This document shows, one piece after another, positions 10,701-18,967 of a stretch of DNA of 36,407 bases (positions are counted from its first letter, which is position 1; each line of letters begins with the position of its first letter). The DNA comes from Myxococcota bacterium (GTDB lineage Bacteria; Myxococcota; XYA12-FULL-58-9; JABJBS01), in contig JAYZAY010000068.1 in the NCBI GenBank assembly GCA_036339465.1, positions 1 to 36,407 of the forward strand, written 5' to 3'. The notes under the pieces were generated by a model, which was not told the DNA's origin, ran no database searches, and saw only the letters and a program-made list of their open reading frames with translations. Both the position numbers and the translations under genes were made by a program.

Positions 10701-12333
10701 CACTTTGGTCCACCGAATTACTGCTCGGGCAGCTGTCGCAAACGTCGCCGAGGGCATCGCCATCCCCATTACTTTGGTCGGGGTTGTTGTCTTCACCGCA
10801 GTTGTCGCAAACGTTGCCCACGCCGTCTGAGTCTGAATCTTTTTGTGAGGGGTTGTTGTCTTCACCGCAGTTGTCGCAAACGTCGCCAATTGAATCCGCA
10901 TCGCCGTCTAGCTGGTTTGGGTTCGCGTTGAGCGGGCAATTGTCGCAGGCATTGCCGAATCCATCATCATCTTGGTCGTTTTGGTTGGGGTTGAGGGTGT
11001 CGGGGCAATTGTCGCATATGTCTCCCACCTGGTCTAAATCACGGTCCTCTTGGGTTGGATTCTGTTTTTGGAGGCAGTTGTCACAGGCATCTCCCACGGC
11101 ATCGCCGTCGAAGTCGCTTTGAGCAGGATTGAGAGTTGCCGGACAGTTGTCACAGGCATCGGGAATATTGTCATTGTCGGTGTCGAGGTGGTCATTACCA
11201 CCAAGGCAAATATCGATGTCATCACAAACCCCGTCCCTATCTTGGTCATTTAGCGCTGAGTCGGGACAGTGGTCGCAGAGATCGGGAGTGCCATCTTCGT
11301 CTCGGTCATTGTTTGGGCCAAGGAGGCAAGGGTCATCCGAATCACAAACCCCGTCTTGATCCAGATCGTTAAACCGGTCTTTCGGACAAACGTCACATTC
11401 ATCCGGAATACCATCGAAGTCGCTATCAACTAGGTCATTCCCATTTGGACACACATCACAAGCGTCGGGGATGCCATCATTGTCGAGGTCGAATCGGCCG
11501 TCGGAACCCCCTGGGCATCGGTCAGCGTGATCGCAGACGCCATCGTTATCGGAATCATCGGTGGCGTCGATGGGGCATGGGTCGCAGGCATCGGGGATGC
11601 CATCATTGTCCTGGTCGTTTTGATTGTTTCCTTCGGGGCAAATATCCATTGAGTCGCAGATGCCATCATTGTCTTGGTCGTTGAGTGGGTCGATGGGGCA
11701 AATGTCGCAAGCATCTGGAATTGAGTCTTTATCGGTGTCAATTTGATTATCGCCATCACAATCATCGACCCCATCGCAAATTCCGTCTCTATCCTCGTCG
11801 TTGGTGGCATCCCCAGGACAGAGATCACAAGCGTCGGGTAATAGGTCTGAATCCTGGTTGAGGAGGTCATTTCCACCCGCACATTTATCACAATGGTCAG
11901 GAATCGAATCTAGATCGGCATCCTTGTTGTCATTGCCCCCGGGGCATATATCTCGTGAGTCGCAAATACCGTCGCCGTCGCTATCGTCGAGAATATCATA
12001 GGGACATGCATCGCAGGCATCTGGTATACCATCCGCATCGAGGTCTAGGGTATCGTCACCTATGGCACAGCGGTCAAATTTGTCACAGATGGTGTCGAGG
12101 TCGCTATCGTGGCAGGGGCTGAGGAGTTGTGGGAGGCATATGTTATCAAGGCATATGAGGAGAGAGGCGCAATCACTGTCGTAAATACAAGGAATTACCG
12201 GATGGTTTTCTTCGAAACACGCGAGCATGCCAAGACTTGCGAGCAAGACAATCAGAAGTTTAACCATGGGATGTCGATTCATGCCGTGAGGGGTTGAGGT
12301 GTGTTGGTTAAATTGTTGTCCCCACTGATTCAT
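1798..12333 (-). CDS. Giant (~3,500 aa) thrombospondin type-3 repeat Ca-binding surface lipoprotein with Myxococcus Cys-rich repeat and C-terminal cytochrome-c-like domain
   Basis: Long run of DxDxDGxGDxCDNC repeats; signal/lipobox LLIVLLASLGMLAC; CGNGLVEVGESCDDGNTTDGDECSDDC; C-terminal CSTACH...RMP...RWV. ORF is open from 12408. ATG 12333 chosen for its GGGGAGAGG RBS; 12282 and 12267 are alternatives. Confidence 0.93.
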   Translation of the reverse strand: MNQWGQQFNQHTSTPHGMNRHPMVKLLIVLLASLGMLACFEENHPVIPCIYDSDCASLLICLDNICLPQLLSPCHDSDLDTICDKFDRCAIGDDTLDLDADGIPDACDACPYDILDDSDGDGICDSRDICPGGNDNKDADLDSIPDHCDKCAGGNDLLNQDSDLLPDACDLCPGDATNDEDRDGICDGVDDCDGDNQIDTDKDSIPDACDICPIDPLNDQDNDGICDSMDICPEGNNQNDQDNDGIPDACDPCPIDATDDSDNDGVCDHADRCPGGSDGRFDLDNDGIPDACDVCPNGNDLVDSDFDGIPDECDVCPKDRFNDLDQDGVCDSDDPCLLGPNNDRDEDGTPDLCDHCPDSALNDQDRDGVCDDIDICLGGNDHLDTDNDNIPDACDNCPATLNPAQSDFDGDAVGDACDNCLQKQNPTQEDRDLDQVGDICDNCPDTLNPNQNDQDDDGFGNACDNCPLNANPNQLDGDADSIGDVCDNCGEDNNPSQKDSDSDGVGNVCDNCGEDNNPDQSNGDGDALGDVCDSCPSSNSVDQSDDDNDGIGNICDNCLTRANMGQTDSDGDGLGNLCDNCAYTENPAQLDGDLDGIGNLCDNCISTANSEQINSDSDSHGNSCDNCPSTSNESQLDSDSDGLGDSCDNCINNPNTNQADGDGDGVGDSCDNCVNRANQSQIDKDNDGVGDNCDNCVSTSNTSQNDKDNDGVGDSCDNCASTSNAQQRDGDSDGIGNTCDNCVSISNSDQADNDNDGVGNHCDNCISASNNAQTDIDSDGIGNICDNCIQNANANQTDQDNDGVGDICDNCSRLPNQNQKDSDGDGIGDLCDVCPYVFDTNQNDLDGDGIGDACDNCVDDSNSNQNDEDNDGIGDSCDNCVDAPNSNQDDGDADGIGDACDNCAATTNTTQIDRDSDGFGDACDNCPFTSTSNQADTDGDGLGDLCDNCPEISNKSQTDNDGDGLGNSCDNCQTVANLNQEDKDFDGVGDLCDNCLQTPNTDQADSDSDSVGDHCDNCSRSSNSDQADIDFDGVGNICDNCSLTANTNQRDWDFDGVGDVCDNCSLTANSNQRDQDGDTVGDVCDNCVSTTNKNQTNSDSDAFGDACDNCVVTTNPNQLDGDTDGIGNLCDNCVTYSNAAQQDSDSDGVGDGCDNCATTSNSSQRDGDGDSIGNSCDNCVTIKNPNQRDLDKDGVGDSCDNCQSINNPEQADQDNDGVGNVCDNCPSNSNANQADNDNDGVGDGCDNCESISNPNQRDEDSDGIGNRCDNCDSTSNSNQADGDSDALGDVCDNCSAASNPNQSDQDADGVGKVCDNCPNDSNVDQADTDNDGVGNQCDNCVSDSNGNQNDTDKDTVGDLCDNCANHANTNQTDGDKDGIGDPCDNCVAHSNPNQEDQDKDLVGDLCDNCVTTSNSAQNDKDSDGVGDPCDNCVNTSNIDQTDTDHDGVGNACDSCPSTNNPDQVDADGDTLGNPCDNCPGIENTNQLDADKDGVGNVCDNCPMHTNIAQTDSDNDGSGDSCDICGNADDNLDSDQDGVPNGCDNCPHAANINQTDSDGDGVGDQCDNCIAISNPNQADTDFSVGADEAGDACDDGISLFFANGNHSNNNPWEENYTDINHQHVSVNLSTINKENGFGLKSPAYHFQYAEQANTTASKIRFEASLPPLPALSAHQSIWVRYHQDLDLDGGEYCSPVVSGAKDLAYLQVRSGDTTETIEPKGRYPLNNLGKSSDVACYPHEGTSGFHNYGKDAKWDRVEADISTFAAQTPDLIFTLNWDCKNCLYSLANSAPRGWYLDNIEVVISTCGNGLVEVGESCDDGNTTDGDECSDDCQVALKLNPAGRITAQSTEIAFCPEGYVGTGLAPVSSGGIFLTKNMCLICSKTDGAQLLRNEFLATPIDLFSCNTDPNTQLRCPDGQVLVGQATWTSILAGTLKGLGLQCQDLEKPDDIWGLTTSTEAELQALGAPLNKTTYETDQCKGGSVVRGIRLAKASNPQQILGASYLCGNLCNSSPDECGVCGGPGKGIYYLDSDGDGFGSTNNQLFCPLLKPTDYVGNNTDNCPEVPNINQKDLDNDGQGNRCDADDDNDGLNDASDQCDGDNAATAWDTTTDDHDGDGCKDSHVEDPDDDNDGVSDAQDNCTKGAIGWSSDAATDRDGDGCKDDHAEDLDDDNDGIIDNSDNCQYTSNADQIDTDNDGVGNACTNDDDGDSITDGVDNCPLIGNANQSNHDGDALGDLCDDDDDNDSVFDGEDSCPKGYAGWTANNNSDHDDDGCKDALAEDQDDDNDGILDGLDSCSKGVTGWTSNGTTDKDDDGCKDDNAEDNDDDNDGVNDSSDNCQYTANFNQTDTNGDGIGNACTDDNDGDSIKDNVDNCPLLVNSNQANHDGDSAGNACDSDDDNDSILDSQDSCKQGQAHWPSGAATDHDSDGCKDNHAEDPDDDNDGLADISDNCAKGTLNWASNETTDRDNDGCKDAHSEDPDDDNDGICDGAPSVLGNCNAGPDNCQYTSNPAQEDSNGDGIGNACANDDDGDGISDGTDNCPLISNQNQSNHDGDSLGDVCDSDDDNDGMFDDPDTCPQGATGWTANVNTDNDSDGCKDNHTEDPDDDNDTVNDDSDNCRYVQNINQLDTDGNGIGNACSDDDDGDTINDSGDNCPLVSNTDQANRDGDSVGNACDSDDDNDGMLDGADTCPQGAIGWTANTGTDNDSDGCKDTHAEDPDDDNDTINDGIDNCQYVQNLDQLDTDGDGIGNACSNDSDGDTVSNAADNCPLISNTNQNNHDGDQNGDACDSDDDNDGINDGVDDCPTGVIAWTSNSTTDRDSDGCKDNNSEDPDDDNDGVCDGAQAVGGACSAGVDNCQYVSNPSQTNTDGDSEGNACDQDDDNDTVKDGSDNCPLTPNKTQSNYDGDSEGNACDNDDDNDGVTDISDACSKGYSSWTSNGVNDYDSDGCKDAHAEDPDDDNDNVNDTVDDCKKGALGWKSDSATDQDSDGCKDAHAEDPDDDNDTICDGSQTVIGTCSMGPDNCQYLSNVSQTDTDKDNEGNACDIDDDGDTVADVLDNCPLISNPSQTNYEGDSEGNACDDDDDNDGILDGPDQCYRGAKGWTSHFSTDNDNDGCKDSHVEDPDDDNDGVVDTSDNCSRGLTGWTATGANDQDSDGCKDAHSEDPDDDNDGVCDATSAIDGICLSGPDNCQYLSNPSQLDTDNNGVGNACSNDDDGDGHLDNQDNCPLVSNANQSNHDSDSQGDACDEDDDNDNQDDIDDDCPKGYKNWNSNLGNLDYDNDGCKDSTGEDTDNDNDNRPNWFDHCPGGSGVAKNWNSYDNNLDYDDDGCHDTHCSLLGFVGMSITCMAYEDPDDDNDGVCDGYSAVGGTCSVGPDKCSKGAKGNWGATSVFKDFDQDGCRDSSEDASIGCPSSSSARTAIYNAVITWFSYGPKTANNGTSTSSGCSTACHGNTNTFADSSYYQARFYTRLTTGGQGTRMPKGCTPGVNCWNANDALFVKRWVTNCGGAKN

Positions 12334-12572
12334 TAAGACCTCTCCCCGCATTTGGTCATCTATGGTTTTTCTTGGTATGCATGCACCAAAATTGGCTTTT
12401 GTTGTCAATTACTGGCTGGTGACTTTGTGTGGTAGGTCACAACGCCGGCCTTCTTCTTCGATTGAGGTGTATGGGGGCGTTCAAAGAGCTCGTAGTAAAC
12501 CGAAGAATCGGCGTATTTAGGGGACCCGATGGGTCCTAGGGGGAGGACAACGCTCAGTATCGGGAATCGGCG

Positions 12573-12944
12573 CTATTCGTTGAGGGGGGCGCCCATGGAT
12601 TCTGCGTTGGCGATGGCTTCGTCGGCCCAGGCATCTTTGATTTGTCGTAAAATACGGACGCACGCCTTTCGTACAGCAAATTCTTGATTCCAAACCGCAG
12701 TTTCTAGGTATCGCATTTCGTCTCGGCTGCTCAAGTGGCCTTCTAGGTGGTTTCGAACGGTTTCCGAAACGAGTACCACGTGTTCTAAACTTGGCTCTGA
12801 ATCGGGGCCCACGAGGTCGAAAGCGCGTAAAGAGCCGCTTTGTTCGGAGAGTTCACATTTACTTCTTGCCCGTCTTGCGAGGTCTTTTCCTAGGAGATTG
12901 AGGGCTTCGAGGTAGTCATCGTGTTTTTTTCGTCCTTTGCCCAC
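12573..12944 (-). CDS. PhnA-like protein (short form, GKDLARRAxSKCEL family)
   Basis: LNLLGKDLARRARSKCELS...MRYLETAVW. GTG start at 12944 preceded by AAAAGGAG; the track ORF extends to 13115. Confidence 0.75.
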   Translation of the reverse strand: MGKGRKKHDDYLEALNLLGKDLARRARSKCELSEQSGSLRAFDLVGPDSEPSLEHVVLVSETVRNHLEGHLSSRDEMRYLETAVWNQEFAVRKACVRILRQIKDAWADEAIANAESMGAPLNE

Positions 12945-13188
12945 GGCAGAATCTCCTTTTTTGCTGGTTCGTAGCCTGATACGGACTTTTTGTATTTGAG
13001 GCAAATGGTGTTTGGTGAAAGGGACACAGCGGACCCTCATCAATGTGCTCTCCATTATAGCGGGTTGTTTTCTCAAGAAGATTGCCCTCTTTTTGCTGGT
13101 GGTCCCCAAATGCAAGCCAGCGAGAGAGTCACGGCTTTGTCTTTTTAATAAATAGCGCTTTGGGAAGCGCTTCCATGAATGATGGTTG

Positions 13189-13524
13189 TTAAAAGCAGGT
13201 GAAGAAAATTACCCGTACCAAGTCTTCATCCACAATATCGGGATAGAATTGTTTCAGGGCATCTTGAAGTTCAGTGGCTGATTCCAAATTTTCGATGTGG
13301 GCGAGATTGTCGTCAATTTCGGAAAACTTTCGGTCTTCCATACCGTGGATCTCTAATCGAGCGAAGGGACGTTCCGATTCAGGGGTTTGGGCAAACACAC
13401 AACCGCTTGGGGCCAAGTCTGAGAGTGTTTCTGCGCGGACGAGCCGAGTGGTGGCGCTTTTCTTCCCGGAAAGTATGGAGTCCACGAATTCCGGTGCAAA
13501 TAGAAGAATGGGGAATTTTTCCAT
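13189..13524 (-). CDS. ASCH domain protein (PUA-like)
   Basis: FAPEFVDSILSGKKSATTR (GxKxxTxR) and AHIEN...LKQFYP motifs. Confidence 0.88.
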   Translation of the reverse strand: MEKFPILLFAPEFVDSILSGKKSATTRLVRAETLSDLAPSGCVFAQTPESERPFARLEIHGMEDRKFSEIDDNLAHIENLESATELQDALKQFYPDIVDEDLVRVIFFTCF

Positions 13525-13531
13525 AGGTTGT

Positions 13532-14461
13532 CTAACTCAGGTATTGGGTGCCAACGATTTTGTTAAAACGAGCGACTTCTTCTGCATTGCCTAGGCATAC
13601 CTGAACCGTTTGGTTTAGACTGTCTGCTTTATATTCCATGATTGACTTTTCGCCGTCGGACGAGGCTCCACCGGCTTTTTCAATTAGATACGCGAGGGGC
13701 ATTACTTCGTAGAGTAGTCGCAATTTGGCTTTAGCCTTTGGGCTACCCGCGTTGCAGAAGATACCCTTTCCTTTCACTAGAAGCATGTTAACATCTGGAA
13801 CTAAGGCACCGGTATAACGGAGTTGGTATTGTTCTCGCATCCATATCTCGACCAGCTTTTTATAACCGGGATTGTCTTCGGTGGCGCGGAGATTGCCCGG
13901 AGCAAAGAGTTTTCCAGAGCCAATGGATTGAAAGTCTTCGGTTTTCACCCAGGTATTGTCGGGTTTGAGGCGGAATGCGAGGCTGTTTGGATATCCTTCT
14001 ACGGCGATGGATAGGGTCGTGCGAGGGCCATAGATAGCGCAGCCCGAAGCCACCATGTCTTTTCCGGAGACGCCGAGCAAAGTTGGCGACCGCCACACCC
14101 CAAAAATAGTTCCCACGGAGAAATTTTGCCCAATGACCGACGATCCATCGAGGGGATCCCAAGCGACAGATAGATTTTTTCCGCCCATGGCAACTTCCTC
14201 GGGAATTTCTTCCGAAGAGCCTGTGGCAACCACACCCGAAGCTCGAAGCCCGTCTGCTAAGACTTGGTCGGCGAAAAGGTCGATACCCAATTGTTGGTCA
14301 CCAAACTCGTTGGTGGTGGTGGCAACCTGAGACAGGTTTGGGATCTCATTGTGGATGGCTCTGGAGACCTTTCGACACGCTTTTGCAAGGCTCAGAATGC
14401 AGGTTGAGAGTTCATGGTCTTTGAGGCCGTGGAGGAATTGATTCAGAGAGATTTCACTCAT
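13532..14461 (-). CDS. fbp: Class I fructose-1,6-bisphosphatase family, sedoheptulose-1,7-bisphosphatase-like
   Basis: NEFGDQQLGID, SSEE, WDPLDGSS, NFSVGTIFGVW, YGPRTT, PGNLRA, LRYTGALVPDV, KLRLLYEV motifs. Confidence 0.92.
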   Translation of the reverse strand: MSEISLNQFLHGLKDHELSTCILSLAKACRKVSRAIHNEIPNLSQVATTTNEFGDQQLGIDLFADQVLADGLRASGVVATGSSEEIPEEVAMGGKNLSVAWDPLDGSSVIGQNFSVGTIFGVWRSPTLLGVSGKDMVASGCAIYGPRTTLSIAVEGYPNSLAFRLKPDNTWVKTEDFQSIGSGKLFAPGNLRATEDNPGYKKLVEIWMREQYQLRYTGALVPDVNMLLVKGKGIFCNAGSPKAKAKLRLLYEVMPLAYLIEKAGGASSDGEKSIMEYKADSLNQTVQVCLGNAEEVARFNKIVGTQYLS

Positions 14462-14649
14462 TCTTTAGGGATTCCGGTTAGGGTGGTAGCGATGGAGTCT
14501 TTGGACCATGTACTTTTGTGAGGCTTGGTTTGCAACCGATTAAAATACGGATTTCAGAGGGGAATAACACCTCACCATCCAGGTTGTTCGGTGTTGGCTC
14601 ACAGAACCGTGGTTTTGGGCCCTAGGGACATCCCGGCCAATCAACCCCG

Positions 14650-16971
14650 TTAAAATGAAGGCGAGATTCGCTTTATTTGTTTTTTGAGTTCGGGAAGCGT
14701 GTTGACCGGAGGTGTGCATTGGGTTCCCACGCAGTAATAGGCAGTGGTTTGGTTTTTCTTGGTTGCTTTGCTGTGAAGCAACGGGACTTTACTGGATTTT
14801 GGTTTCTTTCCAGGATTCTGAATTTCAAGGAGCACCGATGGGCGACTAAAATTTTTAATGTACCAGTCTTTAAAGTTTGAATTACGAGCACCACTTTGCG
14901 GATGGACGACCACCAATTCGTGGCCAGGTTGAATAAACTGGCTGTAAGCTGAGACCATTTTTGGAAGACCCAGACCTCGTCGACCTAATGCGGTACCGAA
15001 ATAACGAAAGAGGGCGCGTGCCTTTGCGTCGTAGTTAGAGTCTCCAGTAAGCATGGCGAACTTCTTTAAGTTAAGAGCGCTGTAGGAATTTCCGGTGGGT
15101 ATGGCGCCATCGTAGTCAGGTTTTTGGCGGTGGAGGTGAAAGCCAGCGGATTTGGATTCGAAATAATAGCCGCCGGATGTGGGGTCCCAAAATTCCGAAT
15201 TTTGCTTTGCTTGGAGGTTTTTAGCGAGATTGAACCAGTTTTCGTCGCCGGTGGATTCGAAAAGTTGTAGCAGTCCATAGATTGCAAAGGCGTAGTCATC
15301 GATAAAGCCAGGATGGCCTTTTTGGGAGCCCCGCACGGTTCGCACGAGAGAATTGTTTTCTATTACTGCCTCTTGCGCGAGGTGTTTTGCGGCCCGTATC
15401 GCTGATTCAATATATCTTGGTTCGCCCAGAATTCGGCCTGCATGGGCCATGGCCCCAATGGTGAGGCCGTTCCAACCGGAAATAATTTTATCATCTAGGA
15501 GGGGGGCTGGTCGGGTGTTGCGATGGGCACGCAATATTTTACGGATTCGAGTCCACTGCGCTTTTAGAGCTTTATAGTCACTTTGGGTATCGGTGGCATA
15601 TTCAGAGAGTGAGCGGGGGGTGTGGAGGATATTCCGGCCTTCAAAATTCCCCCTTGAAGAAGTCCTAAAATAAGATTTTATAAACAGAAAATCTTGACTA
15701 TTGGGAAGCAAGGATTTTAGTTCATCTTCAGTCCAAGTAAAGAAATACCCTTCCTCGCGATGACCTGATGGGGTCATGCTGTCGGCGTCTGTGGCGGAGT
15801 AATAGCCACCGTTGGGAGCTTGCATTTCACGGAGAAGGTAATCACGAACATCCACGAGTTTGTCGCGAAACTCCGGATCTTTTGTGACTAAATAGACATC
15901 CACGAGGGTTTCGATGAGTTGAGCTTGGTCGTAGAGCATTTTTTCGAAATGGGGTACGAGCCATTGCGTGTCTGTGGAATAGCGATGAAACCCTCCACCC
16001 ACATGGTCATAGAGCCCTCCCCTGCCCATTTTTCTGAGGGTGAGTGTTATCGGATTTCGGAAATCGGAATTCCTCGTTTTTTCGTAGGCATCTAAGAGAA
16101 GAGCAAAATTTGCAGGCCGTGGAAACTTGGGGGCCCTTCCGAAGCCGCCGTGAATTTTATCAAAGCGTTGGACGAGAAGGCGACTGGTTTGGGTGCTCAA
16201 TTTTCTACTCGGCAGACCCACAGTCGGTCGATAGGGATTACGAATCATCGTTTGTGAAAAGTTTTGTGCTTCTTCGATGAGTTCGTGTGGTTTGTTTTGA
16301 TAATCGTCTTGGAGACGGTGTAAAATTTCAATAAGTCCTTCTCGACGTCCCCTAAATCCTCTTCGAGGAGGAAAGTAGGTTCCTGCAAAAAGTGGTAAAC
16401 CCTCGAAAGTCATGATCACGGTCATGGGCCATCCTCCACTTCCCCTCATCTTATAGACCGCTCGCATATAGATTTTATCGATATCTGGTCGCTCTTCTCT
16501 ATCGACTTTAATGGGGATGAAATGTTGGTTGATGAAGGTCGCAATTTCGATATCTTCAAATGATTCTCGTTCCATGACGTGACACCAATGGCAGGTGGAA
16601 TATCCCACGCTTAAAAAAACCATTTTATTTTCACGCTGGGCGCGTGCGAAGGCGTCGTCAGACCAAGGATACCAATTGATGGGATTATGGGCATGCTGGA
16701 GTAAATAGGGACTGGACTCGAATATAAGACGGTTGATGTATTTCGGGTTTCCTTGGCCATCTTTGTGATGGGTCCTTATTTCATATCGTCCTGTTTGTTG
16801 ATTGGCTTCTTTATCAAGTTGAGATTGAAGATTCGCGTCAGCTTGGGTACCCGGGAGAGCAGGATCTGGCTCGTTGGGTTTTTCGGGTCGAGTTCCCACA
16901 TCAGAGGTGTTGAATGCTGCGCTATTTTGACAACCGGACAATAAGAAAAGCAATAAACAGAGACGTTTCAT
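14650..16971 (-). CDS. yyaL: YyaL/SSP411 (DUF255) thioredoxin-domain protein with lipoprotein signal
   Basis: [69 protein letters not shown]-terminal LLFLLSGC lipobox. Confidence 0.95.
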   Translation of the reverse strand: MKRLCLLLFLLSGCQNSAAFNTSDVGTRPEKPNEPDPALPGTQADANLQSQLDKEANQQTGRYEIRTHHKDGQGNPKYINRLIFESSPYLLQHAHNPINWYPWSDDAFARAQRENKMVFLSVGYSTCHWCHVMERESFEDIEIATFINQHFIPIKVDREERPDIDKIYMRAVYKMRGSGGWPMTVIMTFEGLPLFAGTYFPPRRGFRGRREGLIEILHRLQDDYQNKPHELIEEAQNFSQTMIRNPYRPTVGLPSRKLSTQTSRLLVQRFDKIHGGFGRAPKFPRPANFALLLDAYEKTRNSDFRNPITLTLRKMGRGGLYDHVGGGFHRYSTDTQWLVPHFEKMLYDQAQLIETLVDVYLVTKDPEFRDKLVDVRDYLLREMQAPNGGYYSATDADSMTPSGHREEGYFFTWTEDELKSLLPNSQDFLFIKSYFRTSSRGNFEGRNILHTPRSLSEYATDTQSDYKALKAQWTRIRKILRAHRNTRPAPLLDDKIISGWNGLTIGAMAHAGRILGEPRYIESAIRAAKHLAQEAVIENNSLVRTVRGSQKGHPGFIDDYAFAIYGLLQLFESTGDENWFNLAKNLQAKQNSEFWDPTSGGYYFESKSAGFHLHRQKPDYDGAIPTGNSYSALNLKKFAMLTGDSNYDAKARALFRYFGTALGRRGLGLPKMVSAYSQFIQPGHELVVVHPQSGARNSNFKDWYIKNFSRPSVLLEIQNPGKKPKSSKVPLLHSKATKKNQTTAYYCVGTQCTPPVNTLPELKKQIKRISPSF

Positions 16972-17195
16972 CGATCTCGCCTAGGGGTATTAAGATTTAA
17001 GAAAGAGAATTAATAGGGACCTGAGCAAAGTGAAAGGAAAAATAGAATAGATTGTCTAGGAAGAGCCGTAAGAGGGTCAGAAAGCGCTAAACTTTTTTTC
17101 TCGCCTTGTTGTCTGTGATTGGCCAGGACTTGCATTTACTAGTGGGTTTGAAATATTTTTAATTGAGTTATGTGAATGTATTTTCTCATAACCTA

Positions 17196-17978
17196 TCATC
17201 CGTCAACATCATCAGCAGTCGCGCGCTTAGACCCTGGCAAATAAACCAAAAGAGCCTCCTGAAGTACCTTAGGATGCATCCCTGTCTGAATCCCCGTCAC
17301 AGCATCCATCAACAGTAATTTCGCATCCTTCTCTTCACCACTCCGAATCGAAAGCTTATCTGCAATGGGCAACGCAAACATATTGGCCAACATCGCACCA
17401 TAAAGCGTGGTCAAGAGAGCCACCGCCATCGCTGGACCAATGGTTGTCGGATCAGACATATTGGCCAACATTTGCACCAAGCCAATCAAAGTACCAATCA
17501 TACCCATGGCCGGTCCCACATCCCCAATAGCCGTAAATATCTTTTGACCAATCTCGTGGCGTTCAACAGTCTTCGAAATATCGATCGTCATCGTCGTTCT
17601 CAAAGTAACCGGATCAACATTATCAATCATCTTTCGAATCGCATCTTTCAAAAAAGGTTCGGTGATCGTCTCTCCTTCTAATGAGACCACACCTTGACGA
17701 CGAGCCTTTTCTGCCAACTCAACACAACGATTGATCAGCGCCTGATTGTCATCACCTTTAAAGAAAAAAGCCTTAAGCGCAATCTTAACCGCGCCCAGAA
17801 TTTGGCCGATACCAAATTTCATCATGACCACAAAAACAGAGCCACCCATGACAACAAGTAGCGAGGGTATGTTGACAAAGAGCATAATCCCACCCTTGCC
17901 TTGAGCAATACCAAACCCGACTATACCGATAGCTCCAACCAGTCCCACGAGTGTCGCCAAATCTGGCTTCATACGCAT
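17196..17978 (-). CDS. pomA: Flagellar-type stator subunit A (PomA/MotA family)
   Basis: DLATLVGL, VVMMKFGIGQILGAVKIALKAFFFK, GDVGPAMGMIGTLIGLVQML, IGPAMAVALLTTLYGA, PIADKL; resembles Vibrio PomA as recalled. Confidence 0.93.
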   Translation of the reverse strand: MRMKPDLATLVGLVGAIGIVGFGIAQGKGGIMLFVNIPSLLVVMGGSVFVVMMKFGIGQILGAVKIALKAFFFKGDDNQALINRCVELAEKARRQGVVSLEGETITEPFLKDAIRKMIDNVDPVTLRTTMTIDISKTVERHEIGQKIFTAIGDVGPAMGMIGTLIGLVQMLANMSDPTTIGPAMAVALLTTLYGAMLANMFALPIADKLSIRSGEEKDAKLLLMDAVTGIQTGMHPKVLQEALLVYLPGSKRATADDVDG

Positions 17979-18067
17979 CCTCTCAGAGCGGTGGACGATT
18001 CAATCATTACTCGATAATGCTAGCCTGGACCGCTACTGAAAGCCAAGAATTATCAGTTCTTTAGGAT

Positions 18068-18967
18068 TCATTCCGGGGCTTGCTCGGCAAGATTTTTCAA
18101 GTGTTCCTTAATCTGTAAACCACTGACATCATCCACATTGTTTGCGTGGATAATAAAAGCACGAGCATCTAAATCTCCTGGCTTGATCAAGGCTGTGTCG
18201 TTCTGGTTTAAGACAATTGTGATCCGACGATTCTTGGCTCGATTCTTGGCAGTATCGTTAGACACCCGTGGTTGGGTATCCCCAAAACTACGCACGGCGA
18301 AACGGGCCGATGGAAGTGTCTTCTCAACCAATGCGTTCAGCACAGAGACCGCTCTCGCCGATGCCAATTCCCAGTTTGAACGAAATCTTCGAGATTTAAT
18401 GGGTCGGTTATCGGTATGACCAATAATTGTAATTTTACCATCGGTCTTCTTGAGAGTCGCACGTAATTTTTTAGCGACCTTCTTGAAAGACCTCTTTAAA
18501 GTGGCACTCCCCGAAGTGAAAGTAACCGATTGTAACAATCTAATCTTGATGGTTTCCCCATCCTCTTCGATCTCAATGCGGCCCGCCTCAACTTCCTTAG
18601 ACAGATCCTCTTTCAATTTGGCGCTGGGGTCGGGGACTTTCTCGACTTCAATATTCTCCAAAACCTCTTTAAGATCTTCGATATTCTCAATAGTTTCCGG
18701 TTGGCCACCCAGCTCGTTGACCATAGACTCGACCATCTCTTGGTAGGTCTTCTTCTCCACAGTGGCCGAAGCACAAAGCATAACAAAGAAACACATAAGG
18801 AGGGACATGAGATCCGCAAACGTGGTTACCCACCCAGGTGTTCCACCACCTGCCTTGGGCTTTTTGCCGATAGCAACTGCCGGACCCGCTGGTTCCTCGG
18901 CACTTGTATCAGCTTCCTTCCCCGCCTTGCCTTTCTTGCTATTTTTTTTCTTTGTTGGTGGCGCCAT
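18068..18967 (-). CDS. motB: Stator subunit B paralog 1 (PomB/MotB, OmpA-like peptidoglycan-binding domain)
   Basis: WVTTFADLMSLLMCFFV TM segment with conserved Asp; GHTDNRPI, SNWELASARA, RAKNRRITI. Confidence 0.92.
   Translation of the reverse strand: MAPPTKKKNSKKGKAGKEADTSAEEPAGPAVAIGKKPKAGGGTPGWVTTFADLMSLLMCFFVMLCASATVEKKTYQEMVESMVNELGGQPETIENIEDLKEVLENIEVEKVPDPSAKLKEDLSKEVEAGRIEIEEDGETIKIRLLQSVTFTSGSATLKRSFKKVAKKLRATLKKTDGKITIIGHTDNRPIKSRRFRSNWELASARAVSVLNALVEKTLPSARFAVRSFGDTQPRVSNDTAKNRAKNRRITIVLNQNDTALIKPGDLDARAFIIHANNVDDVSGLQIKEHLKNLAEQAPE

Noticed and set aside
1675..12297. Dozens of short ORFs overlapping the giant TSP3 gene
   Set aside because: Antisense or alternate-frame shadows of a repetitive Asp/Asn/Cys-rich gene (Ser/Leu/Pro- or Thr/Met-rich translations).
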